Of a stretch of DNA of 64,000 bases, positions 13,801 to 24,130 are shown piece after piece. Numbering within the stretch: position 1 is the stretch's first letter; each line of letters starts with the position of its first letter. The stretch lies in NCBI GenBank assembly GCA_965112155.1, contig OZ218106.1; one strand, given 5' to 3'. The stretch is from Podarcis liolepis (taxonomy: Eukaryota). The position numbers were made by a program, and so were the translations under genes. Below the pieces are notes generated by a model, which made no database searches, was not told where the DNA came from, and saw nothing but the letters and a program-made list of their open reading frames with translations.

Positions 13801-14955
13801 AACCACACATTCCCCCCCCCCCGGGAGGGGGGTGCCTGAGACTGTAATTTCCTCTTTCAGAAGCGAAACTGGCTGCTGCTGGCCAAATATGAGAGCCCAC
13901 CAGTGGCCCCCGGTCCTGGCTGGGGTCCCCACTGCCCGAGCCCCCTCCAGGTCCTCCTGCCCTCCGAAGGGGCCGCCTCGCTGCTGCTCTGCTCCCTGGT
14001 GGGCCGGGAGCTCCTCCTGCCCTGCAGCTTCCCTCTCCTGCCAGCAGAGCCTCCCCAGGCCGCGCTCAGCCAGATGGAGGCAAGTAGCCAGGCAGCACAC
14101 CCACCAACAGCCCAGTACTGGCCCCCCACAGAGAAAACAGGAGGGGGGTCCCGGGAGAGGGTCCCAGGGGCTGGGGGGGCGGGGAGCCAGGCAGCACACC
14201 CCACCAACAGCCCAGGACGCCGGCACTGGCCCCCCCCGAGAGAAACACGAGGAGGGGGGTGGTCCCGGGAGAGGGTCCCAGGGGCTGCACCATCGTGGTC
14301 CCCCCCTCAGGCTCTGCCTGCTTTCAGCCCTCCTGCCCTGGGGGTGTGGAGATCCAGGGCTTGCACCTCATCCTTGCTGGGGGGGGGCTTTGGCGGGTGG
14401 GTGGCAGGAGGGCCTGGCTGGGCGCCAGCGGCTTGGGATGCTCCCTCTGATTCCATGATGAAACCTCCTTCCCGGCAGAACCTCCTGGACGGCCTGGAGC
14501 TGGAGCCGGCCTACAGTCCCCTGAGTGGGGGGGCCCCCCTGTACCAAGCCCTGAGGAGCAGCCTGGGGCGCCCACCCCCCTCCCGACCCGAGCGCAAGGC
14601 AGATCGGCACCTCCCCCGTCAGGTAGGTATGGCAGGCACCCTCACCCCATGGACAGGGCTGCAAAGGGCCACCCCAGTGGCTGTTGGGGGCCGGAGGTCC
14701 ACCCCACTTGTGCCAGACCACTTGAGATGCAGAGGGAACCGGTGCCCCCCCGGGAGTGGAAAGGGGGACCAGCCCTCGCCTGGGGGTCACACTGCCTCTT
14801 CCACCTCCTCCTTCTGCCCACAGCAGGGCACCCGCCCCCACCTGGGCAAGGCCAGGGCCATGGTGGCCCCCCTGCGCATGGCACCCGCTGCCCCCCGCCC
14901 ACCCGCCTTCTCCCTGTTCTCTGGAGACGAAGAAGAGTTCCTGGACGCCATGTGA
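4868..14955 (+). CDS. M1AP: Meiosis 1 arrest protein (M1AP), 9 coding exons, ~538 aa
   Basis: Coding exons 4868-5131, 6560-6745, 7520-7715, 10800-10976, 11420-11576, 13491-13632, 13861-14079 (GC donor), 14479-14622, 14824-14955; splice phases are consistent. Peptides such as LCDALENVFSLACSLAGPPRIPLLSLY, AVQDGLQQFKQY, DLQTVENDVVALETFFKGW, KCDAQERLL, YGLPLVIRPTSCW..WDELEANQQ, LDGLELEPAYSPL and ARAMVAPL match recalled human M1AP. An acceptor at 4832-4833 implies an upstream non-coding exon. Confidence 0.93.
5620..5950 (+). mobile_element. CR1 3'-end remnant (related copies ~38930-39260, ~53015-53310)
   Basis: Shared blocks TGGAACTCC.TCCCACAGGAG, ATGGCTTTAAA, GGATTAGACAAAT and CTGATCCAGCAG across copies. 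Confidence 0.6.
14086..14287 (+). repeat. Two-copy ~100-bp tandem duplication in M1AP intron 7
   Basis: AGCCAGGCAGCACACCC(C)ACCAACAGCCCAG...ACTGGCCCCCC..GAGAAA...GTCCCGGGAGAGGGTCCCAGGGGCTG occurs twice. Confidence 0.85.
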
Positions 14956-15188
14956 CACCGCAGGGGCCACTCCCTTCGCCCCATGGAGGCCCCGCTGAGC
15001 CAGAGCTCCCACAAAAAGAGGAGCCCAACCCAGACAAGCACCCTGTTGAGCACCTGGGGGGGGGCTGGAGTTGTCCCTCCCCTTCGTGTGGCAAAACTGG
15101 AGCCTCTGCAGAAATGCCTGGATCTCTGTCTGCTTGGGGGGACGAGCGTGGCTGGAAGCCCCCTCCCCAGTTTCTGGAGACCCCCTTC

Positions 15189-15194
15189 AATAAA
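15189..15194 (+). terminator. Candidate M1AP poly(A) signal AATAAA
   Basis: AATAAA ~230 nt after the M1AP stop, followed by a U/GU-rich tract (cttttgcctttgttg). Confidence 0.6.
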
Positions 15195-15769
15195 CTTTTG
15201 CCTTTGTTGCACCAAACCTTGAGCTGTGTCCTTCTGTCCCCCCCCCCCCGCAAGAGCAGGGCACTCCCCCCCCCCCCAGCTGTGGGGAAGACAGAAGAGG
15301 GAACCTGCTGGGAAGCCACAGAGGAGGAAGCAGCGCAGGAGGCGGGGGCTGCAGCCGCTCCCTGGGCCTCTTCCGCCTTGGCACCCCAGGCTGAATCTTT
15401 TGGGGGGAGGGAGTTCTGCCTGGGACTAGTGGAAGGAAGTGGGGGGGGGGCTGATCACTCTCAGGCAGTTCAGGGGCTGGGAAAGGGGCGTCTCTCCCCC
15501 CACCCAGAAAAAAGACAGTCCAATGCTCTGAAGCAGGACACCCCACATTGGAGGAGCCCTTAGGACCAGGGGGAGATGGGGGGGGACCCACCCCTGACGG
15601 TTGGCAGGAGCAGAAGGCAGGGCTCCGCTTCCCCTCTCCTGGCCTGCTCCAAACTGCGGCCTCCCAAAGCAGCTCCAAAAACCTGCTTTGCTCAGCCCCC
15701 CACCCACCCGTTGCCCCCTGGGGCACTCAGCCCCCCCCCCATGCATTCAGCTCCATTGAAACAAAATGC

Positions 15770-15778
15770 TTTAATAAA
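15770..15778. terminator. Overlapping poly(A) hexamers TTTAATAAA (ATTAAA on - for DOK1; AATAAA on +)
   Basis: TTTAAT at 15770-15775 lies ~95 nt past the DOK1 stop on the - strand; AATAAA is at 15773-15778 on +. Confidence 0.5.
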
Positions 15779-15867
15779 AATAGACATCTGTAGAAAAATA
15801 TCGCCCAAGACGGATCCTGCAAGGACCCAAGGGGATCCCCTGCCCCCCCCGACTTCCCTGGGAGCCA

Positions 15868-18800
15868 TCAGATCTCACCCAGGTCTTCGTAGACGGAGGC
15901 CGGCCGGCTCTCGTCCACCGACTGCTCCTCCCGACTGCCCCCCCCAGAGCGACCGGGGCTGGCCAGGGGCGGCTTCACCACCTTGCTGTAGAGGGGCTCC
16001 TCCCCCCCGCGGCCACTGTTGTTGTTGTTGCTGTTGCCGGGGGCCGGCCTGGGGGCTCCTGGCTGGGGGGGCTTCTTGTGGGTGCGGGGGGGCTTGGGGG
16101 CAGGGCAGGGCTTGGGGGGCTTGGAGAGGCCTTGCTTCGGGGGGAAGGCCGGCACTGAATATTCCCCCGTGCCCAGCACACAGGGCAGCTCGTAGCCAGC
16201 CGGGCTCTCCATGCCCTGCGTCCGCCAGGCCTCGCAGGGGAGGCGGGCCTCGTCGTAGATGGCAGTGGGGGTGGGGGTCGGCCACTGGGCCCGCCCCTCC
16301 GGCTCGTCGTAGATGTGCTTGTCCTGGCCGCCACCAGGCCCCACCTCCTCATACAGCAGTTTGCTCTGGAGAGGGCAACGCTCCTTGCCCCCCTCGCGCC
16401 GGCTGTCCACGGGTTCCGCATAGAGGGCGTCCGGCCGGGGGCGAGGGGCCCTGAGCGCGTCCAGAGGCTCGGAGTAGACGTTGCCCGCGTCCTCGGGGGG
16501 CAGTGCGTGTCCTGGCACCTCGGGGAGCGGGGAGCGGGGGGGAGTGCTGGGCCACTTGGCCAGAGGGTCCCTCAGGCCCAGCCCCTTGGCGGGGGCCACC
16601 GCCTCCTCTTCCTCCGCAGCAGCAGTGGCAGCGCTGAGCTTGGCCAGGGCCGGGCGCAGGCCGGGCCTCTCGGGGGCCAGAGCGGGCGCCAGGCTCTCCC
16701 CCTCCAGACTGAGCGAGCCGGCCAGGGCGCCCGGGAGCTGGCCCAGCTCGGCGTCCAGGGAGCAGGTGCTGTGGCGATGCTCAGCCACCTGTGCCTTCTG
16801 CGCCTGAATGGCCGCCTCCACCACGTGGAAGATCTCGTTGCCCTGCTTGGTCTCAAAGGTGAAGTTGCCTGGCCCAGACTCACAGCGCCGGCCGGCTTCA
16901 AAGGAGAACATCACCTGCGGGGCAGAGAGCGGGCACAGTCAGGGGCCGCAAAGGAGCGCCGGGGGCCAAGAGGACCCTTTGAGGGGTACAGGAACCTCCC
17001 CGCCCCTGCTCTGCCCACTCTGAGCACAAGCCCCGCCAGCCAGGAACCCCACAGGGCCAGCAAGAGAGCTTCTGAGCTGGCCGTAAAGCCCTTGGGCAGC
17101 ACAGAAGGCAGTGCCAGCTGGGCACCTCCTCAACCACTGAGGGAGCCCAGCCCCCATCACCAGCTCTCCCAGGGCAGCTCTTTGGCAGACAGGCAGCAAG
17201 AGCAGCTCCTCCTGTTCACAGAGTTGCAGAATTGAAAGGGCCCCTGAGGGGCATCTAGTCCCACCCCCCTGCAAAGCAGGAATCTCAACTGAATCACTCC
17301 TTGGGCTTCCATGATCCTGCCCCCATGGTCCGGCCCCCAGTAATGCAGCCTCCCACCTGCCTCTCCCTGCCACATGCACCCCTCCTCCTGGACCCACCTT
17401 GTCCCGGCCATATCTGCGGAGCAGGCGGTAGGGCCAGGTGAAGAGGGGCTGGTTGGAGTGGGGGTCCCCAAGGATGAGGCCCTCGCCGGACGCCTTGAGC
17501 ACGTAGACCCCCTGCAGCTTGCAGCGCTCAGCAGCCTCCGTCTTCTGCACCGTCACCCAGAACTCGCTGACTGTGGCCAAGGGGGAGAGTCAGAGCAGGA
17601 GACCCCCAGGGACCCTCGGGGGGGGGGCAGGCACCCGCCCAGCAGCCGTCACCCCAGAATCAGCAGCCCGGCAGCCAGAGTCCTCCCAGCCCAAGCTGCA
17701 TTTTCCAAAGCGGGGGACTCCCAGCATGCAATTCTGTCCTGCAGCAGCCGTGACTTCCTATGGCACTCCCTCTGCCCCACCACCCAAACTACGGGGGGGG
17801 GGGAACTGGCTGAAAGTCTGAGCTCTGCTCCTGAGCGCCTCCTACCTTCCTCTCGGGAGTAATAAATGGCGTTCATGGCCATCTCCAGGGGTCGCCCCCC
17901 AGTGCAGTCGGCCGCAGGCTGTGCTCCTTTGCCAGGGTTGCCCTGCCGGGAGAGAAGACCGTCAGCAGACACCCCCAGCCCTTCCCAGGAATGGCAGCTC
18001 CTCTGCTGCAGGGGGCGTCCAGGGCACCCCCGGCATGCACAGCACCCCTGCCGCCCCTGAGCACGGCCGGGGGGGGGGCAAGGAGTGAAGTGGGGGGCTC
18101 TTCCCACCAGCCAAGGCTGACCAGCCCTCCACTGTCCCTGGAACATCGGGAGCTGCCTTATGCAGAGCCAGCACAGTATTGTCTACACTGGCTGGCAGCA
18201 GCAGATGAGCAGGGTTTCAGGCAAGGGCCTCTCCCTGCAAGTCGCTGAGACCCCCCCCCAACCGCCACCCCAGGGTGGGCTCACCAGAAAGGCTGCCTCG
18301 CAGAGCCTGGCCATCCAGTCGGCCGCCTCGTGGGGCTCGGCGGCAAAGAGGTAGCTGCGCTCGCTGGTCTCCAGGCGGAAGGCGGAAAGGCCCTCCTTGG
18401 GGCTGCCGTCTGGGGCGGGGGCCACGCTCACGCAGTCCGCCAGGCGCACAATCTTCTTGTCCAGGCGCCTGGTGCCCACGCGCTCCGCCGGCACAGGACC
18501 CTCCTTGCCGTCGAAGAACTCCAGGCGCGCCACACCATGCGGGCTGGCCGGGTAGAGCACAAACCAGCTCTTCTTCCATCGCTGCAACGAGAGGCAGAGG
18601 GGAAATGGGGCCGGAGGAGCCGCAGGGACAGGCAGTCAGTGCACTTGGAGCCTGCCTTTCTGCAAGCAGGGAGTTTGCACACAACCAGGGAAGGGTCTGC
18701 CCTCCCCTCGCTGCCTTCAGCTGGCGTATGAGAGGCCCAACAGGTGCCTCCAAGTCAGGGTTCGAGGAGAGCCCAGTGCACACGCCCACAACCCCAGGTG

Positions 18801-19877
18801 GCCAACATGGAGCCCCCATCCCTGCTGAGCAGGGGCTGATGGGAAGTGCAGTCCAACCAGTCCCTGGAGGCCCCCTGGCTCCCCCTGCAGGAGCCGATCC
18901 CCTTGCGCCCCAATGGGGGCTTAAGAGGCTTTAGCTTCTTTCTCTGGGGAGGGGCTCCAGTCACGTAGGAGGAAGCCGGCCACTTCTTAATCATATTAAT
19001 GCTTTTATTTCTTTATCTGCTGCGCAGCTAGCTGGGCTGCCCTACCCGCTCTGGGCGGCTTCCATCAAAATATTAAAAAGCCATAGAGTAAAGCATCAAA
19101 GATTAAGAAAGTCCCTACACGGGGCTTCCCCTCCCTGGTTCCTGTGCTCCACTTGGGGGGAGAAGTGGTGGAAAGACCCTGAAGGAGGCTGGTCTGGGCG
19201 AAGAGCGGTCAATCCGGCCTGGTCCAGTTCTGCTCCCGGCAGCGTCCACGACGCCCCGCCCCGTCTGGGCCAAACCAGGAGGTACCCCTATTAGCACCCC
19301 GGGGCGCTGGGGGGGGGATGCGCTCGTCTGGCGCGCCTTTGTGGAAAGGGCCGGGAAGCCCCGAGAAGAGAGCAGAGCCCGTCGCCGGGACCGGACCCAG
19401 AGCTGGAAGCTGGACGGGCGGCCCCGGAGGGCGAGGCAAGGCGCCCGAGCGGCAGGAAGGAAGGCTGCTGCTGCTGCCGCCGCCACCGCTTCCTTCGCGC
19501 GCGGCTCCTCCGGCTTCGACGGGGCGTCAGAAGAAGGGAGAGCACGGGAGGTGCCCCAAGCAGCCCAGGAGCGGGTCCCGGATGGGCCTCGGGCAGGGAG
19601 GGGGCCGGGGCAGCCCACGGGGCCCCCATCCCGAAGGGGCCGCGCTTCCGGGCCGCGCCGGGTCCAGGAGAGTCGCCCCGCGCTTTCGCCCCGCGCAGAG
19701 ACCGCGCTGCCGGCAGCGCCCCATCCCGGAAGCGCCGGCGGGCGGGGGGCGTGGGGCGCTGGGAGCAGCCCCCGCCGAGGAGCCCCGGCCGCGGCAGGGC
19801 GCCCTTACCTTGGCGCCGATGCGCAGCCCCGACGGCTGCTGGAGCAGGAGCGGCCCGGCCTTGACCGGCGGGTCCAT
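15868..19877 (-). CDS. DOK1: Docking protein 1 (p62dok; PH + PTB domains and tyrosine-rich tail), 5 exons, ~560 aa
   Basis: Exons 19877-19809, 18581-18285, 17942-17846, 17570-17398, 16914-15868, all GT-AG. PH: [27 protein letters not shown]: [49 protein letters not shown]. Tail has YSEP, YAEP, YDEP, YELP, YSVP and LYSKV. Position between M1AP and LOXL3 matches human. Confidence 0.95.
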
Positions 19878-20800
19878 CCGGAAGCGTCGCCGCGGGCAGC
19901 CCAGCCGCTCCGGATCTGTCAGCGCCGCCGCCGCCGCCTCTCGGCGCGGGGAGGGGCTTCGCCGAGGGAGCGGAAGCCGCCGGGCGGGGTGGGGCGGCTC
20001 CGCCCCCAGGCCCGGGATGGGGGCGCTGGCCCGGCTCAGCCCTGCCTCGAAGGGGCGGGCCGGAGGGGGCAGGCGGCCGCGCTGGGGGCCGCCCTCTGGC
20101 CGGAAGCAGCCTCGAAGGACGGCCAGCCCGGCGGGCCCTTTCTCGGCTCGGGGGCCTCATCCCGGACGGCGTGGCCACCGCCAAGGAAAGCTTCGAAGCC
20201 AACTGGTTTCGTGATCCAAAGTTTGCCTCTGCGTTTGGGACGTTACAAGACCAGAAACCTCAAAAGTTCGACGGGACCAAAACAAGTTTGAGAAAACAGT
20301 CCACTTTCTAGAGCGGACATTCAGGCGAGAGGCCACCTGAAAGGAAAAAATAATCCCCAACCGACGCAAAAAGAAGAAGAAAGAAGCGCGTTTGTATTTT
20401 GAAGCGTGGTGGCAAGTCCCCGGGGCGGGGGGTTGGCTGCGAGGTCAGAAACGTCGTCGAAACTTTTGCTTCGTGACTCCGGAGCTCGTAGGTCTCGGGT
20501 GGGAGCGCGTGTCCGTGGGCGGGAGGAGCCCCGCGCTGCAGGTCTGTCCTGGAGCCCCGAAGAGCTGCTCGGTCGCAATGCGGAGTCGGCCCGGGCGGAG
20601 CCCCTCGGAGATGCCCGGGCGGGGAAGCCGCAGGAGAGGAGGGGGGGCTGTCGCACTCTGGACTCGCGGGCGGGTTTCTCGGGATGGGCATCTGGCTGGC
20701 AATGGGGGGGGAGCCAGGAGGCTGGACGAGCGGGGTGCCACAGGGCTCTTGGTCCCTTTCCATTCCATCATGGATGCTTTAGAGGAGGGAATACAAGTGC
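19150..20800 (-). promoter_or_regulatory. CpG island / DOK1 promoter
   Basis: Very high CpG density spanning DOK1 exon 1, with GC boxes (GGGGCGG) and CCGGAAG ETS-like sites upstream of the ATG. Boundaries approximate. Confidence 0.75.
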
Positions 20801-21039
20801 CGCCGGGGAATGACCTGCGCTTGACCACTGGACCCTCCCAGCACAGTCAACGGCCTGACCGGGGCCCTCAAGAAGGACTGGCATCCAGCTTAGGATCCCA
20901 GCAGGGCGGGGCCAAAGCCTCTCCTGCCCTTGGAGCCCAGAGGAGGCGGGCAGAGCTCCTGCAGCAGCTGCGTGGCTGAGGGGGGCTGGCAAGGGAAGAG
21001 GGCTTTGCTGAAGCCCAGGCCCTCTCAGCTGAGAGGCAT

Positions 21040-21600
21040 CTGGAGTATGGAATTTTTATTTTGTTTTGTTTGTTTGTATACCACACTTCATCCCTAGATT
21101 TTGGGGCAATCACAACATAAAATAAAAGAGAAAAACACCAAATATGCAATAAAAACCAGAAAAAAACCCAACCAACCAATAACCCCGTCCCCACCACACT
21201 TAAGAGAGTATCGTTGAAGGCCTGCTTGAAAGGGAACAAAGGGCCTCAGAAGATGATCTCAGGGTCCAAGTACCGTCATATGGAAGGAGGTGGTTCTTGA
21301 GGTATTGCGATCCTGAGCTGTTTAAGGCTTTAATAGGTCAAAACCAGTACTTTGAATTGGGCCCAGAAACTCATTGGCAGCCAGTGCCGTTAGACCAGGA
21401 TCGGTGTCCTATTCTCCAACCCTCTTGCCCTGGGGAGCAACCTGGCTGCTGAATTCTGCACCAGCTGAAGTTTCCGAACTGTCTCCAGAGGCAGCCCCAC
21501 GTACAATGCCTTGCAGTAATCTAACTAAGAGGGGGAAGAGCATAGACGATGGAAGTTAGGCTGTCCCTGTCCAGATAAGGATGCAGCTGGGTCACCAGCA
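21040..21600 (-). mobile_element. L2-like LINE fragment
   Basis: Blocks TTCTGCACCAGCTGAAGTTTCCGAAC, GGCAGCCCCAC and TTGCAGTAATCTAA are typical of the reverse strand of L2 3' regions. Confidence 0.5.
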
Positions 21601-22299
21601 AAGCTGAGGAAGGGTTTTCCCAGTTTCCACGGCACTCGGGTCACCTGAGCCTCAAAAAGTACAGTCCCCACAAGCGACGTCCCTCTCCTACAGAGGCCTC
21701 TGAAATCAGCAGCAGGCGGCAGGGCAGGGCTGTTGTTTCCCCACTAGAGGGCGCTTGCGCCCTGCTTGGTTCCAGCGCATTTAGGATGCCTAGAAACTCG
21801 GCCTCTTGGTCGTGCCCGGAACCCGCATGCAGCCCGCCTAGGTGAGCGGAGCGGAAGTCGCCCATTGCGTCCGTGCCCCTGCTTTTGGATGCTTCCTTGA
21901 TTTCATTCATCCTGTCAAGGTCTCCTTGAGCATTTGGATCAGGGGGACTATGGCATGTTTCCAGGACTGAATTACTCTGGGGCTTTCATCCCTCAATCAG
22001 TTTAAAAGCTGCCAGAAACTCCGTTTTTATTTTGGTTTCTTGGGGGGGGGGGTTTGTGGGGGAAGAAGAAAACGGGGGGATATGCTCTAGGGGAATGCAC
22101 TGCATACCAGAAAAAAAATCAAGCAGGCTTCTCCATGAATTTGCCGAATCCTCTTTTAAAGTCATCCAATTGGGGGCCATCACTGCATCCTGAGGCAGGG
22201 AGTTCCAGTGCTTAATCCGGCATCCTCTCCTGGCCCAGAGCTAGTCGAAGGCCCTAGAGGAGACGCCCCCTGTGGGGTCTGAAGCTGAGTCCCGACCAC

Positions 22300-24130
22300 A
22301 CCCCACTCCTTGGAGAGGGCTCCTTCCTTCGACTGCAAGATGCGCCTGCAAGGAGGTTTTCCGGCGGAAAGTAGGCTGCCGTGGCCCTGCCATTGGTCTC
22401 CGCTATAGGATCACCCTGCGCGCCTCCTCTTGCTGTTGCTGCTGGCTCGAGACCCCTCTCGGCTCCCGGGAGCTCCCCGTCCCGCCTTAAGTAGGGAGGG
22501 ACCTTCCAGCCAGGCTTCTCCCTCCCTGCGCCCGCCCCGTCCGAAGCGGAGCCCCCGATGCTCTTCGGTGGCGGCGCGCCTGCGCCTCTCCCGCTGCCGG
22601 GGGCTGCTGCCTGCGCCCGCCCCGCCGGCCCGAGCCAAGCGCGAGCAGGCAGGCCGGCCGGGGGCGGGGTGAAGGAGAGGCCGGCCGGGGGCGGCCCGTT
22701 AGTCGCCTGGCCTTGAACAGCGGGGCAGCGCGGCTCGGAGGCGGCGGCGGCGGAGGGGAGGCAGTGGAGGCGGCGCAGCTCAGCCGAGGTCAGCGGGGAC
22801 CCCTTGCGGGGAGCGCACCGGAGGCGCCCGCTCCTTCGGGAAGAGATGGAGCTGGGCGAGCGGGAGGGGGAACTTGGAAGACGCGACGCCGTCTCGAAGC
22901 AGGCGCCCGTGGCAGAGGCCGCCCCCGAGCCTGGCTGGCTGGCCAGCCCTGCCCAGCTCCGGGAGGACGGGGGAGCTCCGGGGTGGGCGGCTGCGTGGGA
23001 CCCCGCGGCATCCCGAGGCAGCTGGAAGGCGGGACAGGGGACGGGGGAGGAAGGGGGCCTCCAGACGCCTCCCCGCCCGGCCACTGGAGGCCAGGACTCC
23101 TCGCGGGGGCGGGCGGGCGGGCCGCGGTTCCTCTCGCAAGGCCCCGGACGGGAGAAGGTAGACGGCCTCTGCCCGTGGAGGCTCCATCTCGCTCTCCCAG
23201 CTCGCAACCACTTTCTCCTTTTAAAAGTCCCGGCTCGGCCAATGCGGGCGCCGGCTGCCTCCTCCGCCCGAAGGGCTCTCTGCCCGGCCCAGGAGGGGCC
23301 AAAGCCGCCTCCGCCTTCCTTCTCCGGGCCCTCCGCGCGTCTCAGGTTGCCCACCGGCAACCCCCCTTTTTGCGAAAGTTAAAAGCCCCTCGACAGTTCC
23401 GCAAGGTGACTCGATCCCCAAGTGGCGCCCACCTGGCCAGCGGAAGGGGCTCCTGCGGACGAGAGGCTTCTTATGCGGAGGGGGGACTTGTTCCGAGCCC
23501 TTGGGAGCAGCAGCATCCGCGCCAGTTCAGCCGGAGAAGCGGGGCGGGCGCCTCTGGTCCTGGGCAAGGGCACAGGATGGCCGCGGGGATTGGCTCTGCG
23601 CTCCCGGGTGGAGGAATGGCCTCGCTGGGGCAGGACGACCGCCAGGCTGAACTTGCAGGGCCGCGACTGCCTGCCTGGGCCCGGGCCCTGCGGGTTGTCC
23701 CCCCTCAAGCTCCCTCTCTTCCCCTCCAGGTCCAGGCAGCCAGGACGATGGGTCTTGCCCTGTGGGAGGTGCTTGGGCTGCTGTGTGGTGTCTGGCTGGG
23801 GGTGGGCGCCGCCCAGCAGAGCACCCCAGCGGCACCCCCAGTGCAGAGCACCCCGGCTGGCCCCAAGCTGCAGTTCCGGCTGGCTGGCTACCCCCGCAAG
23901 CACAACGAGGGGCGCATCGAGGTCTTCTACGGCCAGGAGTGGGGCACCATTTGCGACGACGACTTCACTCTGGCCAACGCCCACGTTCTCTGCCGCCACT
24001 TGGGCTTTGTGGCCGCCACCGGCTGGACTCACAGCGCCAAGTATGGCAAAGGCATCGGTGAGCATCGAGGGCCGAGCAAGGGGCGCTGGGATGGGGCGGG
24101 GCCGCGGCGGGGCAGCCCCTGCACTGTTTT
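22300..24130 (+). promoter_or_regulatory. CpG island / LOXL3 promoter with probable non-coding exon ending at 23405
   Basis: CpG-dense; CCAAT near 23239; donor AAG|GTGACT at 23405/23406; acceptor at 23728-23729 just before the ATG at 23748. Confidence 0.65.

Noticed and set aside
19115-20979. Several 150-316-aa overlapping ORFs on both strands
   Set aside because: Low-complexity Arg/Gly/Pro/Ala ORFs expected in a stop-poor CpG island. Only the 23 codons of DOK1 exon 1 are supported.
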